From Nitrospirota bacterium (GTDB lineage: Bacteria; Nitrospirota; UBA9217): a stretch of DNA of 64,000 bases. Positions 27,111-38,584 of this stretch are shown here, piece after piece. Below the pieces are notes generated by a model. That model saw nothing but the letters and a program-made list of their open reading frames with translations. It was not told where the DNA came from and did not search any database. A program made the position numbers and the translations under genes. The stretch is from assembly GCA_963818475.1 (NCBI GenBank), contig CAWFSF010000002.1:1-64000 (forward strand), written 5' to 3'. Positions within the stretch are counted from its first letter, which is position 1. Every line of letters starts with the position of its first letter.

Positions 27111-29312
27111 ATGAATCGCCGAACCTTTTTACAACTAAGCGGACTGACGGCTGCGGGCGCCGCGCTTGCAGGCTGCAAATCCGCAAACGAGAAGCTGATC
27201 CCCTACCTCATTCCCCCTGACGAGGGGGTGACTCCCGGCAGAGCGAACTATTACGCCAGTTCCTGCCGGTTCTGTCCCGCCGGATGCGGCATCCTGGTCC
27301 GGGTGTCCGAAGGCCGGGCAAAAAAAATCGAGGGCAACCCCGAACATCCGGTCAACAGGGGAAAGCTTTGCGCCCGGGGACAGGCTGTTCTCCAGGAGCT
27401 TTACCATCCCGACCGTGTGCCGCAGCCGCTGAAGCGCACCGGGCCGCGCGGCTCGGGAGAGTTTACGAAGATCTCCTGGGAAGAAGGGCTGGACCTGCTC
27501 ACGAGCAAGCTCAAGGGCCTCAGGCAGGAAAAGGCCGCTGACCGTCTGGCCCTGCTTACGCCGGAGCTTCGGGGCACGCTGTCGGAGCTGACGACACGTT
27601 TCATGCGTTCCTTCGGATCGCCCAATCATCTCTCCTATGAACTGCTTGGCCCTGACTGGCTTCGCGAAGCCAACCGCAAAAATTTCGGCCAACCCGGCCT
27701 GCCCTATTACGATGTAGCTGAGACCCGCTACCTGCTCAGCTTCGGCGCCGATTTCGTGGAAAGCCACCTGTCTCCCGTCCAGTACGGCAATGCCTTCGGC
27801 CGGATGCGCCAGGACCGGGACACGGTCCGCGGCCATTTCACCTACGTCGGCGGCCGGATGTCATTGACCGCTGCCTCGGCCGATCGCTGGATGCCTGCTC
27901 GCCCCGGAAGCGAAGGGGTCCTGGCCCTGGGTATGGCCCGGCTGATCCTGTCTGAGTCCCTGTACGACAAAGCTGCCGTTGCAGCGAACGGGCTGAGTGC
28001 GGAAAAGCTATTGCGGGGGCTCACGGCCTACGATCTTCCCCGCGTGGCGGAAGAGACCGGTCTGGCGCAAAAGGCCATTGCCGAGGTGGCCCGGGAGTTC
28101 GCTGCGACCCGTCCTTCGCTGGCCATGGCCGGAGAGGCGATTGGCCTTCCAGAGCAACGGCCGGGAATCGGTCCGCGCTGTCCAACTGTTGAACGTGCTG
28201 GCGGGGAATCTGAACCGGCCCGGCGGGGTCTACCCTGACAGCGGGTCCCCGGACGGCCCGACAAACTCTTTTGACGAACTTCTCTCGCTTGTTAAAAAAA
28301 TGCGCGGTAGGTCAGATTCAGATGGCCCTGATCCACGGCGATCCGGTCCACACCATTCCCCCGGCAACCGGCTTTCAGGAGGCGCTCTCCAAGGTCCCGT
28401 TCATCGTGAGTTTCTCCTCGCTGCTTGATGACACCGCGATGCAGGCCGACCTGATCCTGCCGGACCATGCTGCTCTGGAGAGCTGGGGGGACGTGATTCC
28501 GCTGGCCGGGACCCGGGATGAAGCGATCGGGCTGATGCAGCCGGTGGTCACACCGGTGTTCGACACGCGCCAGTTCCCCGAGGTGCTGATGACAACAGCC
28601 CATGAACTGGGCGGGGAAATGAAGGCGGCGTTTCCCTATGAATCTTATCTTGATATGCTGAAGGCTGAGATGAAAAAGCATGTTGGTCTTGCGAGTGGGA
28701 AGGATTTTGAAGCAGCGTGGGTCGACCTTCTCCGGAAGGGCGGACTTTTCAAATCGACCGTTCACCAGGGAAAGAATTATCGCTGGAAAGCAGGCACGAC
28801 CCTGCCGGAACCAGCCAAGCCCCGATTCTGCCGGAAATGAAAAGGAATTCCCGCTGCATCTTTCGGTATATCCCTCTACGGCCTTTTATGACGGCCGGGG
28901 CGCTCCGCTTCCCTGGCTGCAGCAGCTCCCTGACCCCATGACCACGGTGGTCTGGGACAGCTGGATCGAGATCAACCCCAGGACCGCTGCTGAACTTGGA
29001 ATCAACTTCGGCGATCTGGTCGAGGTAACCTCCCCCCGGGGCTCGCTGCGTGTGCCGGCGGTGATCTACCCCGGCATCCGGCCCGACATGGTGGCGATTC
29101 CCCTGGGACAGGGACATCGGGAGATGGGACGCTATGCCAAGGGAAGGGGAGTGAACCCGCTCCAGCTTTTGGCGCTGACAACGGAAGGAACGAAGCCTCT
29201 GCCGGCCTGGAATGCAACACGGGTGCGGGTGAGCCGGATCTCGGAAAAGGGGGAACTGGTGACCGCAGGCCATCCGGAGGGAAGCTACCGGAGCGATCTG
29301 ATCGAGATCTAA
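27111..29312 (+). CDS. actB: Molybdopterin-oxidoreductase-like subunit ActB1 (frameshifts near 28140, 28308 and 28830)
   Basis: Tat/lipoprotein signal RRTFL...LAGC; CRFCPAGC...KIEGNPEHP...LCARGQ; ADLILP...LESWGD; WLQQLPDPMT. Confidence 0.8.
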
Positions 29313-29330
29313 CGACGGAAACAAATATCA

Positions 29331-29430
29331 GCCACGAAGACGCGAAGACACAAAGGAGGTCTCAGGAAATTAGGCAAGTTGAAAATCTTTCGCAGTATTG
29401 ATTTCCTTCGTGTCTTCGTGTCTTTGTGGC
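29331..29430. repeat. Palindromic element, family A copy
   Basis: GCCACGAAGACGCGAAGACACAAAG...CTTCGTGTCTTCGTGTCTTTGTGGC. Confidence 0.8.
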
Positions 29431-29468
29431 AATATTGGGTTTTGTGCAGGCATGAGGATTTAACGCAT

Positions 29469-30190
29469 ATGGAAAAAATGACGAGCCCGTACAAATGGGG
29501 AATGGTGGTGGACCTCGACCGCTGCACCGGCTGCGGCGCCTGCGTGGTCGCGTGCCAGGCGGAGAACAACGTGGCGATCTGCGAAAAGAAGGAGATCGCC
29601 GAAGGCCGCAACATGCACTGGCTGCGGATCGAACGCTTCTGGGTGGGGGAGTACCCCGACGTTCGGGTGCGCTTCCTGCCGGTGCTGTGCCAGCACTGCC
29701 ACGACGCGCCCTGCGAGCCGGTCTGCCCGGTCTATGCCAGCTACCACAATCCCGGACGGTCTGAACGGCCAGGTCTACAACCGCTGCGTCGGCACCCGTT
29801 ACTGCGGCAACAACTGCCCCTATGCCGTGCGGGTCTTCAACTTTTACGATCATGAGCACTCCTGGCCGCCGCCGCTCAACAATCAGCTCAGCCCGGACAT
29901 CACCGTGCGGAGCCGCGGGGTGATGGAAAAGTGCTCCTTCTGCATCCAGCGAATCCGCCGGGCCAAGGAAGAGGCCAAGACTGAAGGACGAACCGATCCG
30001 CGACGGAGAAGTGCAGACGGCCTGCGCCCAGACCTGCCCGGCCGACGCCCTGGTCTTCGGCAACATGGCAGACCCGGAGAGCCGGGTCGCCCGCCTGTCC
30101 CGCAGTCCCCGGCGCTTCCGGCTGCTTGAGGATCTGGGCACTCATCCTTCGATCTATTATCTCAAGGGAGGAGGACGCGAACATGTCTGA
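29469..30190 (+). CDS. 4Fe-4S ferredoxin subunit ActB2/NrfC-like (two frameshifts)
   Basis: [50 protein letters not shown]. Confidence 0.85.
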
Positions 30191-31588
30191 GCCATCGGCC
30201 GGTTCGGAGTCGGGAGTTCGGAGCTCGGAGGGTGCCGCCAAAAGCGCCGGGCAAATGAACGACGAGATGCTCTCCTCGATGCGCGCCGCCGACCTGGCGG
30301 TGGTACCTGCTCGCCTTCGTTCTCGGGGCGGTGGTGGCCTGGGGCCTGGCGGCCTTCACCTATCAGGTGATGACCGGCATGAGCGTGACCGGCAAGAACC
30401 GTCCGGTCATGTGGGGTTTTTACATCACCAGCTTCGTCTTCTGGGTCGGCCTCTCCCATTCCGGGACCATGGTCTCGGCGATCCTGCGCCTCTCCCAGGC
30501 CAACTGGCGGCGGCCGATCCTGCGCGCCGCCGAGGCGATGACGGTTTTCAGCATCACCGTGGCCGGCCTCTTTCCGATCATTCATCTGGGCCGCAACTGG
30601 GTCGTCCACTACTTTCTTCCCTATCCCAATCAGCGGGGGCTCTGGCCCAATTTCCGCTCCGCGCTGCTGTGGGACGTGACAGCGATCACGACCTATCATC
30701 ATCGGAAGCACGCTCTTTCTCTACCTGGGGATGCTTCCCGACCTGGCTGTGGCACGCGACCGGGCGAGCGGCTGGCGCAAAAAGGTCTACGCAGTGCTGG
30801 CCATGGGGTGGCGCGGCAGCGCGCACGAGTGGGTCAGTATACCACAAGGCCTCGACGCTGATGGCGGCCCTGATCATCCCGGTGGCAGTGTCGGTGCACT
30901 CCATCGTGGCCTGGGATTTCGCCGTCACCGTGGTCCCCGGCTGGCACAGCACCATCTTCCCCCCCTATTTCGTCATCGGCGCCATCACCTCCGGAGTGGC
31001 AGCCGTCATCACCCTGATGATCATCATCCGCCGGGCCTTCCACCTGGAGGACTACCTGACCCCGCTGCACTTCGACAACATGGGGAAGCTCCTCCTGGTC
31101 ATCTGCCTGCTCTGGTCCTACGCCTATTTCGTCGAGGTCAAGATCACCTGGTACGCTCATGAGCCGATCGAGTGGGAGGTCTTCAGCTTCATGGCGGACA
31201 AGTACACCCTCCTTCTGCTCCTGATGCTCTTCGGCAACTCGGTGCTGCCGATCACGGTCCTCTGTTTCAAAAAGCTGCGGCGCAATATCGGGCGTCATGC
31301 TGGTGGTCTCGCTCCTGATCAACGTCTGCATGTTCATCGAGCGCTACCTGATCATCGTGCCGTCGCTCTCCCACAAGAACATGCCCTTCGCCTGGGGCAC
31401 GCTACTTCCCCTCGTGGGTGGAGATCTCCATCACCGCTGCCGCCTTTGCCGGCTTCGCCCTGCTCTATACGCTTTTCGCCAAGTTCTTCCCGATCGTGGC
31501 GGTGACCGACGTGCGGGAGCTCGAGGCCCGTAAGGCCGATGTCCCGCTCGGCCGCGCCAAGGTGCCGGTAGTAGCGGGGGAGGAGTAA
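30183..31588 (+). CDS. actC: NrfD/PsrC-family membrane subunit ActC (several frameshifts)
   Basis: WGFYITSFVFWVGLSHSGT, HLGR, SALLWD, SVHSIVAWDF, GWHSTIFPPYF, ERYLI. Confidence 0.85.
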
Positions 31589-31636
31589 GCGATCGAGGAT
31601 TTCGGATTGCATGATAACGAGAAAGGAGTAGACTGG

Positions 31637-32146
31637 ATGGAAACGCTGGGAATATTCAAGGATATCGAGACCGCGGGCAGGGCAGTGGAGAGCCTGGTCA
31701 AGGCGGGCTTTGCCGAAGCAGAGATCACCTCGCTGACCTCCGTTCCCTATCCCGACGGCGTGCTGGTGAAGACCGATGACCGCACCTGGTTCCGCTGGTT
31801 TGCTTTGGCAGGCGGCATCGTCGGCGCTGTCGCCGGTTTTCTTCTTGCCGTCGGCACCGCGTGGGTCTACCCGGTGCAGACCGGCGACAAACCGATCATC
31901 ACCTTTTACCCGACCGGCATTATCACCTTCGAGCTCGCCATGCTCTTTGCCATCATCGGCACGATAGCGGGAATGTTCCTTGAGATGAGGCTCCCGCCCC
32001 GGGGGACGCACTCCTATGACCCGGCCATCAGCGAGGGGTATATCGGCATCAGCGTCGCCGCGTCCTCCGAAAGAGAGCGCAGCCGGGCGGAGGAGATCAT
32101 GAAGCAAGCCGGCGCCCTGCGGACCACTGCGGAGGAGATGCTGTGA
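31637..32146 (+). CDS. actD: ActD / DUF3341 family membrane subunit
   Basis: Two TM segments, GDKP, ITFELAML. Confidence 0.75.
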   Translation: METLGIFKDIETAGRAVESLVKAGFAEAEITSLTSVPYPDGVLVKTDDRTWFRWFALAGGIVGAVAGFLLAVGTAWVYPVQTGDKPIITFYPTGIITFELAMLFAIIGTIAGMFLEMRLPPRGTHSYDPAISEGYIGISVAASSERERSRAEEIMKQAGALRTTAEEML

Positions 32147-32154
32147 CAGAGCAT

Positions 32155-32278
32155 TTAAGCTCCAAATTCCAAGCATCAAATTACAAATAAGCTCCAATGA
32201 CCAAATACGAAATTCCAGACGTTTTGGCCATTGGGTCTTGAAATTTGAATATTATTTGAAATTTGTTATTTGGAATTT
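32155..32278. repeat. Heptamer-periodic imperfect palindrome, family D copy
   Basis: TAAGCTC CAAATTC CAAGCAT CAAATTA CAAATAA...GAAATTT GTTATTT GGAATTT. Confidence 0.65.
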
Positions 32279-32334
32279 ATCCCGGCGCCGGGCGAGGCCT
32301 CGTGGAAGATGCGATTGAGGATGGAGATATGGTT

Positions 32335-32790
32335 ATGAAACGCATTTCACAATTCGTTATTCTGGCTGCCACACCATTGTTGATGGCTGCGATCTGGATG
32401 GATGAGCAGCAAACCTACAAACCATACAAAACGCCGGTCCTTTCTCCGCCCGTGGACGCCGTGCCCATATCCGGCAAGGAACTTGTCTCCCGGGACGCTG
32501 AGCTTAAAAATCCGTTCTCCGCGACCGCAGCAGCGCTGGCGCAGGGAAAAGCGCTTTTCGACACCAATTGCGCCATGTGCCACGGCCAAACCTCGGCAGA
32601 ACGCGGTCTCGTCGGCAAAAAACTCGTTCCGCCCCCGCCTGGCCTCGACCGCGATATGGTGAAAGGCCTGAGCGACGCCACTATCTTCAAGGCCATTACC
32701 TTCGGTTTCGGCCGGATGCCCGCCTTTAAGGACAAACTCACGCTCGAGGAGCGCTGGAGTCTGACCAATTTCCTGCGGACCCGCAACTGA
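32335..32790 (+). CDS. actE: Monoheme cytochrome c, ActE-like
   Basis: CAMCH, GFGRMP, ERW. Confidence 0.78.
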   Translation: MKRISQFVILAATPLLMAAIWMDEQQTYKPYKTPVLSPPVDAVPISGKELVSRDAELKNPFSATAAALAQGKALFDTNCAMCHGQTSAERGLVGKKLVPPPPGLDRDMVKGLSDATIFKAITFGFGRMPAFKDKLTLEERWSLTNFLRTRN

Positions 32791-32840
32791 GCACACTCAT
32801 ACGCTGCATGCTCTGCAACGACGGCAAAACAGCGGTCCGA

Positions 32841-33149
32841 TCAGGGATGGCACTTATTGCAGTTGCCCTTCACATCAAAGGCCCGCTGCCCGTTGTGGCA
32901 GAATCCGCACGACTGGCCTTTCTGCATCGCAGCCATCGTCACGTCCTTGCGCTGCGCCGTCGTGGTGTAGATGCGGTAATGGCAATCCCCGCATTTCAGT
33001 TTGTGTTTCGTAACGTGCACCTCGTGGCTGAAGGTAACATTAGACGCGCCTATGAGCAGAAACGTGATATCCCCGCCTCCGACCTTGCCCCAGGCTGTTG
33101 GTGCGAAGACCGTAATAAGAACAACCAATCCCCCCAGAAACTTGTTCAT
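32841..33149 (-). CDS. Periplasmic c7-type triheme cytochrome
   Basis: Signal peptide; FSHEVH, CGDCH, CGFCH, CNKCH. Confidence 0.85.
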   Translation of the reverse strand: MNKFLGGLVVLITVFAPTAWGKVGGGDITFLLIGASNVTFSHEVHVTKHKLKCGDCHYRIYTTTAQRKDVTMAAMQKGQSCGFCHNGQRAFDVKGNCNKCHP

Positions 33150-33425
33150 CCTCGTTCCCTCGGCTCTCTTGTGTGGACTGAACTCCGTGCGATGGCAGTT
33201 TTACGCAGGCCCATTATAGCAAATGCGCAAATCCACACACAACAGAAAACTGTTTTTTTATGCCGCCGCACTATAATTTTGGATGCAGAAGGTGTGCTAT
33301 CCAGCGCTTGAGAAGAGAGGTGCCGAGAAGGACGATTCAGGAGAGACAGCCCCTTTCGGAACTGTTAACAAGGCCCCAGTGGAGGAAGGAAAGACATGGT
33401 CATGACATGACAAGCTGTCCGGCTA

Positions 33426-33614
33426 TCATGGCTGCTCGATGACCATGCGGTTCTTGACGAGCGACACCTCGCGCACTTCGCCGCGCACTGTCTTTTCTTC
33501 GCCGAAAAGATTCCGTATCGTTACGAAGCCGTTCTCCGCGCGCACCTGGTTCACCGCTTCGAGAAGCAGTTCTTCCTGCCCCTTGGTTTTTACATACGCC
33601 TTCAGATCACACAT
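33426..33614 (-). CDS. cooT: CooT family nickel-binding protein
   Basis: MC start, LFGE motif, 62 aa. Confidence 0.8.
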   Translation of the reverse strand: MCDLKAYVKTKGQEELLLEAVNQVRAENGFVTIRNLFGEEKTVRGEVREVSLVKNRMVIEQP

Positions 33615-33726
33615 GATCGCTTCTCCTTCGAAACTCTGCGTAGCTTATACGGTTTAATAATACCCTCACTCGATGTAAAAACGCAATGTCGAATTCCGCA
33701 TCACGCGGTCGTGCAGTGAGTCCCGA

Positions 33727-34698
33727 TCACCATGGCGTTCTCCACGTAAGGTTCAGGATAAAGTCCGGCGCTCCGCTGGTATTCAGGTCTTCAGTGAGCG
33801 ATAGTTCGACGCTCCTCCCCCTCGCTGCATAGTACCGGCCGCCGAGCACCAGCAGCATCGCCGTGCGGTCGATCTTTGAGATGTCCGTCCTGGGGTAGGG
33901 AGAGGTCTGGACACTCACCTGGCCGATGAGACTGAGGGAAGGCCAGGCGAGCACCTCCATTCCCGTGCCCGCATATCCGAAGTTCCTGAGCCCGATGGTC
34001 TGGTATCCCTTGAGGTCTCCCGGGAACACAGCCCCGAGGTTCGCGTACCATGCTGCATCCTGCCCCAGGCGCTTGTCCATGAGCAGCGACATGCCGGCGT
34101 CCACGCTCCCGTTTCCGTAGCCGACCTTTGCGTCGCCGGTCGGCAGCTCCACGGAGCCCATGACGCTCACCACGAGATCATCTGCCAGGAGCTGCTTCTT
34201 GACAACCACCCGCAGATCGCCGATGCCGGCTTTGTCGTTGTCGCCCATAACGACCGGCATCCCGTTCCGCCTGACCTCGTAAAGAAAGGCATTGTCCGGC
34301 CTGGTGTCCCTGTTGTAGTCTGGGAATCCAAAGGCACGGTGGTACCAGGCCAGCGGACGGTCGAGGAACCCGGCTGTTGCCCGCAGGAACGGCAGATCAA
34401 CACCAAGTTCTATCCCGCCCGGGACCGTCCGGCGATACCGGACATTGAGCTCCGTCAGCTCGATGTCGAGGTGGGCGGACCACGCCGACGAATCTGCCAT
34501 CACAAAAACACTCGAATGGGAAAGGCTCAGGGAGAAGGAATCGGCTGGAGCCGCAGGTTCAAGATAGGGCTGGTCTGCAGCTATGAAGATGGGAAACTGG
34601 TTCCTCACCTGGAGCGGACCAGCAAGCTCAGCTGCGGCAGCAGTGCCCACAGAGAGCAACAGCGCGGCGAGGCAAAATGTAATGCATCCTTTCGTCAT
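33727..34698 (-). CDS. DUF3187-like exported / outer-membrane protein
   Basis: Signal peptide, GPLQVRNQFP, GFLD...WYH..FG, GIGD, LPTG. Confidence 0.7.
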   Translation of the reverse strand: MTKGCITFCLAALLLSVGTAAAAELAGPLQVRNQFPIFIAADQPYLEPAAPADSFSLSLSHSSVFVMADSSAWSAHLDIELTELNVRYRRTVPGGIELGVDLPFLRATAGFLDRPLAWYHRAFGFPDYNRDTRPDNAFLYEVRRNGMPVVMGDNDKAGIGDLRVVVKKQLLADDLVVSVMGSVELPTGDAKVGYGNGSVDAGMSLLMDKRLGQDAAWYANLGAVFPGDLKGYQTIGLRNFGYAGTGMEVLAWPSLSLIGQVSVQTSPYPRTDISKIDRTAMLLVLGGRYYAARGRSVELSLTEDLNTSGAPDFILNLTWRTPW

Positions 34699-34764
34699 AC
34701 GCTACTGTAGCATAGGGAGAAGCGGAAATAAAGCCGGAAGAGGAGCGGGCCGGGCATAGCATGG

Positions 34765-35610
34765 TTACTGAAGCAGCACATAATCGGCATCCCTGGTCGT
34801 TACGCTCTGCTGGTCTATCTGCCCGGGCAGGTAGGGCAGTATGGTGCGGATGGATAATTTCGATTCCAGGTTTACCTGCTCGGCGACCCCCCGCTTCCAC
34901 GCATGCCCGATGCCGGCAAGGACCACCAGAGTCCGGTCCGGATGTATCTTCCGATAGGTGATAAGATGCCAGGCCATGGACTTGTCCCTGACCATCTGCG
35001 CCTCACAGAAGTTCAGGAAGATCCGACCGCTGTGTGCATGCTGTGCATAGGCCTCCCTGATCAGGTCCATATATTTATCATCCACCCTGCAGCTGATGCC
35101 CGGCGGCAGCGACTTCTTCTCCGCCGCCGACAGAGAGGCGAACCCCTGCCTCGCAACCTTTGCTGCTACGCCGTCAGGAACATTGAGCCCGACAAGCGGA
35201 AGCTCATGCTCACGAACGTAAAGAAAAATATCCTGATACAGGAACCAGGGCATACCCCAATTCTCCTGGTAGGCCGGCAGGAACCGGTCCAGGGAGAGGC
35301 TCCCGCTGGTCCAGCCATCCAGAGTGTCCTGACTGTCGGCACTGAACATCTCAAGCCCCACCGCCATGGGGGTATCTGCCTCGTGGATGGCCTTGATAAC
35401 CTCAAGCTGGTAGCGGTGATGTTTGTTCACATTGTGGATCTCTCCCACAAAAACGATGTCCGCGTTCTTCACGTCATCGATCATGCGTTGGAAGGGTATG
35501 ACGGCTCCGTCCTTGACGCGCAGGACCAGGTCGGCGCCGAAGACGACCGTTGGAAAAAAGCCCGTTACCATCAGACACAGGAGCAATAGGACAGCGCGCA
35601 TGCTCATCAT
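34765..35610 (-). CDS. ChaN family (heme/iron uptake-related) protein
   Basis: VFVGEIH, GLEMF, AQMVRDKSMA, LAGIGH. Confidence 0.8.
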   Translation of the reverse strand: MMSMRAVLLLLCLMVTGFFPTVVFGADLVLRVKDGAVIPFQRMIDDVKNADIVFVGEIHNVNKHHRYQLEVIKAIHEADTPMAVGLEMFSADSQDTLDGWTSGSLSLDRFLPAYQENWGMPWFLYQDIFLYVREHELPLVGLNVPDGVAAKVARQGFASLSAAEKKSLPPGISCRVDDKYMDLIREAYAQHAHSGRIFLNFCEAQMVRDKSMAWHLITYRKIHPDRTLVVLAGIGHAWKRGVAEQVNLESKLSIRTILPYLPGQIDQQSVTTRDADYVLLQ

Positions 35611-35844
35611 GGCAGACCTCCCTCTTATCTTAGTGTAGCAGGCCTGCCAACCGGCCGGCAGAAACGGCGATAGGGGGAGCTTCGCCTTCTGCCGGCTATT
35701 TTCGTTAAACGCAAAATACAGGAATCCTTTTGTTGCAACACGTCGTCCGGGTTCAGGATACATGCGGCGTCCTCTTTCGTCATGAGGTATAATTGAGCAG
35801 GTATACTGCAGTTTTATGATCTGCGTTCTTTCAGGAGGTGCGGG

Positions 35845-37470
35845 ATGAAACGGCTATTATTCGCAGCAGCTGTGCTGATCATGCTGGTCCCGGCGCCGGC
35901 GTTCTCCGAAGATTCCGATGATCTGGGGCGCGTGCGCCTGAGCCTTATCAACGGTGATGTCCAGGTGCTGATCAGGGACAGCACAGACTGGACGGACGCC
36001 GCGATCAACGTACCCCTTGGCGAAGGCGACCGTCTCTGGGTACCCGCGGAGGGCAGGGCCGAGGTCCAGATCCGCGGCGGGGTCTTTGTCCGTGCCGGGG
36101 ACCAGAGTTCCCTCGACATCCTGACCATGGGAGACAGCGGAGCCCAGTTCTACCTGGACCGCGGACACCTCTACCTGTACAACTTTCGCGGGGGCATCAG
36201 GTCGGTCCAGATAGACACGCCCTTTTCGTCGATCAGGAGCGAGGACAACTCCATCCTGATGATCGATGCGGCCGAGGACGATGTGGTCGAGGTCTCGGTC
36301 CTGAAGGGCTCTGCCTCGGTTGAGAACCGGACCGGCGCCACGCGCGTCACCGCCGGAAACACGCTGACGGTCCGGGGCGAGATCAATGCGGAACTCGCGC
36401 CGATCGGCGCACCCGATGACTGGGAGCGCTGGAACCGGGAGCGGGACAGCCGCGTGGCCGCCTGGGGCGAAAGCGCCCGCTACCTGCCTGACGAGCTTCA
36501 CGAATACGCTTCTGACTTTGACGGCAATGGACGGTGGTACTACACATCCGAGTATGGCTACGTCTGGACCCCCCTCGTGACCGCTGCATCCTGGGCGCCC
36601 TACACCTATGGCAGCTGGGTCTGGATCCGCGGGAACTACGTCTGGGTCGATTACCACCCCTGGGGCTGGGCGCCGTGCCATTACGGACGCTGGACCTTTA
36701 TTGCGAGCTTCGGCTGGAGTTGGATACCGCCGCCCTTCGGCGCCGTCTACTGGGGGCCGGGGTACGTCGGGTGGATCTTTACGCCGACCTACGTTGCCTG
36801 GGTGCCGCTGGCGCCGGGTGAGATATATTATGGATACGGAAATTACGGCCCCCACAGCGTGAATCTTAGAACAGTGAACATCAACACCGTTGTGGTCAAT
36901 CGGACCTATGTCAATGCCCGCGTCAGGAACTCCGTGACCGTGGTGCAACGGGACTCTTTCGGTACAGGCCGCCGTGCGCCCCTGCAGGTCCGTGAAAATC
37001 CGTTCCGTGATGAAGGAACGCGCCGCCAGGAGGAAGGCAGGGAGTTCGTGCCTCCGCAAAAGAGGCCGGAGAGGCCCATTGTGCTCGTTCCGCGGGAGAT
37101 GCGCGAACAGATACGTCAGCAGCCTGCGCAGCAGCGCGGACAGCGGGATCGCCGCGAACGCCAGGTCGTGAAACCGTCAACACCGCCGCAGCCGTCCATC
37201 AGGACCGAACGGCCTGCGTCGCAACTTCCGCCCGAGCGGGTGCGAAAAACAAGCCCGGAAACGCTCAAGAGCGAACGGCCCATGGCACGGGACCGCAACA
37301 CCTCGGTATTCAGGCCTGCAGCGCCGAAAGACCTGCCGGTAACGCAGATGAAGGAACCGCGCAAGATCATCAGAAAACAGGACCTGCAGGACGATCAGAA
37401 GCAGAAGAGCAAGGGTGAACAGCGGAGGAACCAGGGCGAACAGCGGAGGGACAGAAGTCGGATCCGGTAA
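35845..37470 (+). CDS. FecR-like / DUF6600 exported protein with low-complexity charged tail
   Basis: Signal peptide; GDRLW; YGYVW.P, PWGWAP.HYGRW, WVPLAPGE. Confidence 0.75.
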   Translation: MKRLLFAAAVLIMLVPAPAFSEDSDDLGRVRLSLINGDVQVLIRDSTDWTDAAINVPLGEGDRLWVPAEGRAEVQIRGGVFVRAGDQSSLDILTMGDSGAQFYLDRGHLYLYNFRGGIRSVQIDTPFSSIRSEDNSILMIDAAEDDVVEVSVLKGSASVENRTGATRVTAGNTLTVRGEINAELAPIGAPDDWERWNRERDSRVAAWGESARYLPDELHEYASDFDGNGRWYYTSEYGYVWTPLVTAASWAPYTYGSWVWIRGNYVWVDYHPWGWAPCHYGRWTFIASFGWSWIPPPFGAVYWGPGYVGWIFTPTYVAWVPLAPGEIYYGYGNYGPHSVNLRTVNINTVVVNRTYVNARVRNSVTVVQRDSFGTGRRAPLQVRENPFRDEGTRRQEEGREFVPPQKRPERPIVLVPREMREQIRQQPAQQRGQRDRRERQVVKPSTPPQPSIRTERPASQLPPERVRKTSPETLKSERPMARDRNTSVFRPAAPKDLPVTQMKEPRKIIRKQDLQDDQKQKSKGEQRRNQGEQRRDRSRIR

Positions 37471-37613
37471 GCCGGGCAGGACAGGTGTTTGGTATAGATA
37501 GAGACCACTTACCTGCCGTTTATCCACAAAAAGCATTTGGACGGGTCAAAAGCGGATGAACACCGGATAAAAAAAAACGATAAATAAAGAAACTTTACGA
37601 AGGAGGAAAATAA

Positions 37614-37647
37614 CATGGCCTTGAGCAGGTAAAGGCTCAAGGCCATG
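37614..37647. terminator. 13-bp perfect hairpin between convergent genes
   Basis: CATGGCCTTGAGC-N8-GCTCAAGGCCATG; no U tract. Confidence 0.4.
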
Positions 37648-37695
37648 ATCGTGGTCTACAACATGCGCTGGAGTGCGGCACAGCGAACGCCTTTG

Positions 37696-37953
37696 TTACA
37701 AGATGACCTCTTCTGATGCTTCGTCATGCAGCTCATTCCGCAGCAACACTCGATTGATCCAAACGGTCTTCACCAGCAGGCCCAGCACCAGGCACAGACC
37801 CAGGCCGTTCATAAAAGTGAGCAATTGCAGAACAATATAGTCCCAGGAGCTGTTGATCGGAATGTACTGGGGGTTCAATACGAGCATGCCGATGCAGAAA
37901 AAAACAGCCACGGCAAGAAACTTCAATATTTCCATGATGTTTTGTATTTTCAT
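37696..37953 (-). CDS. Small hypothetical membrane protein
   Basis: Two hydrophobic segments. Confidence 0.5.
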   Translation of the reverse strand: MKIQNIMEILKFLAVAVFFCIGMLVLNPQYIPINSSWDYIVLQLLTFMNGLGLCLVLGLLVKTVWINRVLLRNELHDEASEEVIL

Positions 37954-38033
37954 AGTAAGATATTACCTGAAAATACCCGTACTGTAAATACCCCGGTCAG
38001 GGTAATTTAAGGGTACTGCATGCACTCTTCCGT

Positions 38034-38480
38034 TCACCCCGCCTTCAGCTCCGACGTGCAGAATGCGCAGCGCGTTGCCCTGAGCGGCACGTTCGACAGA
38101 CAATAGGGGCATTCCCTGGTTGCCGGGGCCGCAGGGGCCGGCGCCTCCTCCTGCCGCTTGAGCCGCGCAACAGCTCTGATAAGCAGAAAGATCACAAAGG
38201 CAACGATCACGAAATCCACCACTGCATTCAGGAAAACGCCGTAGTTGATGGTGGCCGCGCCGGCAGCTTTTGCCTCGGCAAGCGCGCGGTAGGGAACACC
38301 TGACAAGTTAATGAAAAGATTGCTGAAATCCACGCTCCCTACTATGAGCCCTATGGGCGGCATCAAAATATCGCTCACCAGCAGGGACACTATCTTGCCG
38401 AATGCCGCACCGATGATGACCGCCACTGCCAGGTCGAGTACATTGCCGCGCATAACAAAATCCTTGAAATCCTTAAGCAT
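38034..38480 (-). CDS. mscL: Large-conductance mechanosensitive channel with C-terminal CxxC...CxxC extension
   Basis: [28 protein letters not shown]. Confidence 0.92.
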   Translation of the reverse strand: MLKDFKDFVMRGNVLDLAVAVIIGAAFGKIVSLLVSDILMPPIGLIVGSVDFSNLFINLSGVPYRALAEAKAAGAATINYGVFLNAVVDFVIVAFVIFLLIRAVARLKRQEEAPAPAAPATRECPYCLSNVPLRATRCAFCTSELKAG

Positions 38481-38584
38481 AAGGCTTCCTCCTCTTAGGA
38501 TACGACCCTGACGGATGCCCAGGAGTCGGTTTGACTCACTGCTTAAGCATAGCATAACCGCTGCCCGCCTATGGATCCTCAGAG

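Noticed and set aside
38034-38120. MscL C-terminal CxxC...CxxC as a novelty
   Set aside because: This extension occurs in many bacterial MscL homologs.
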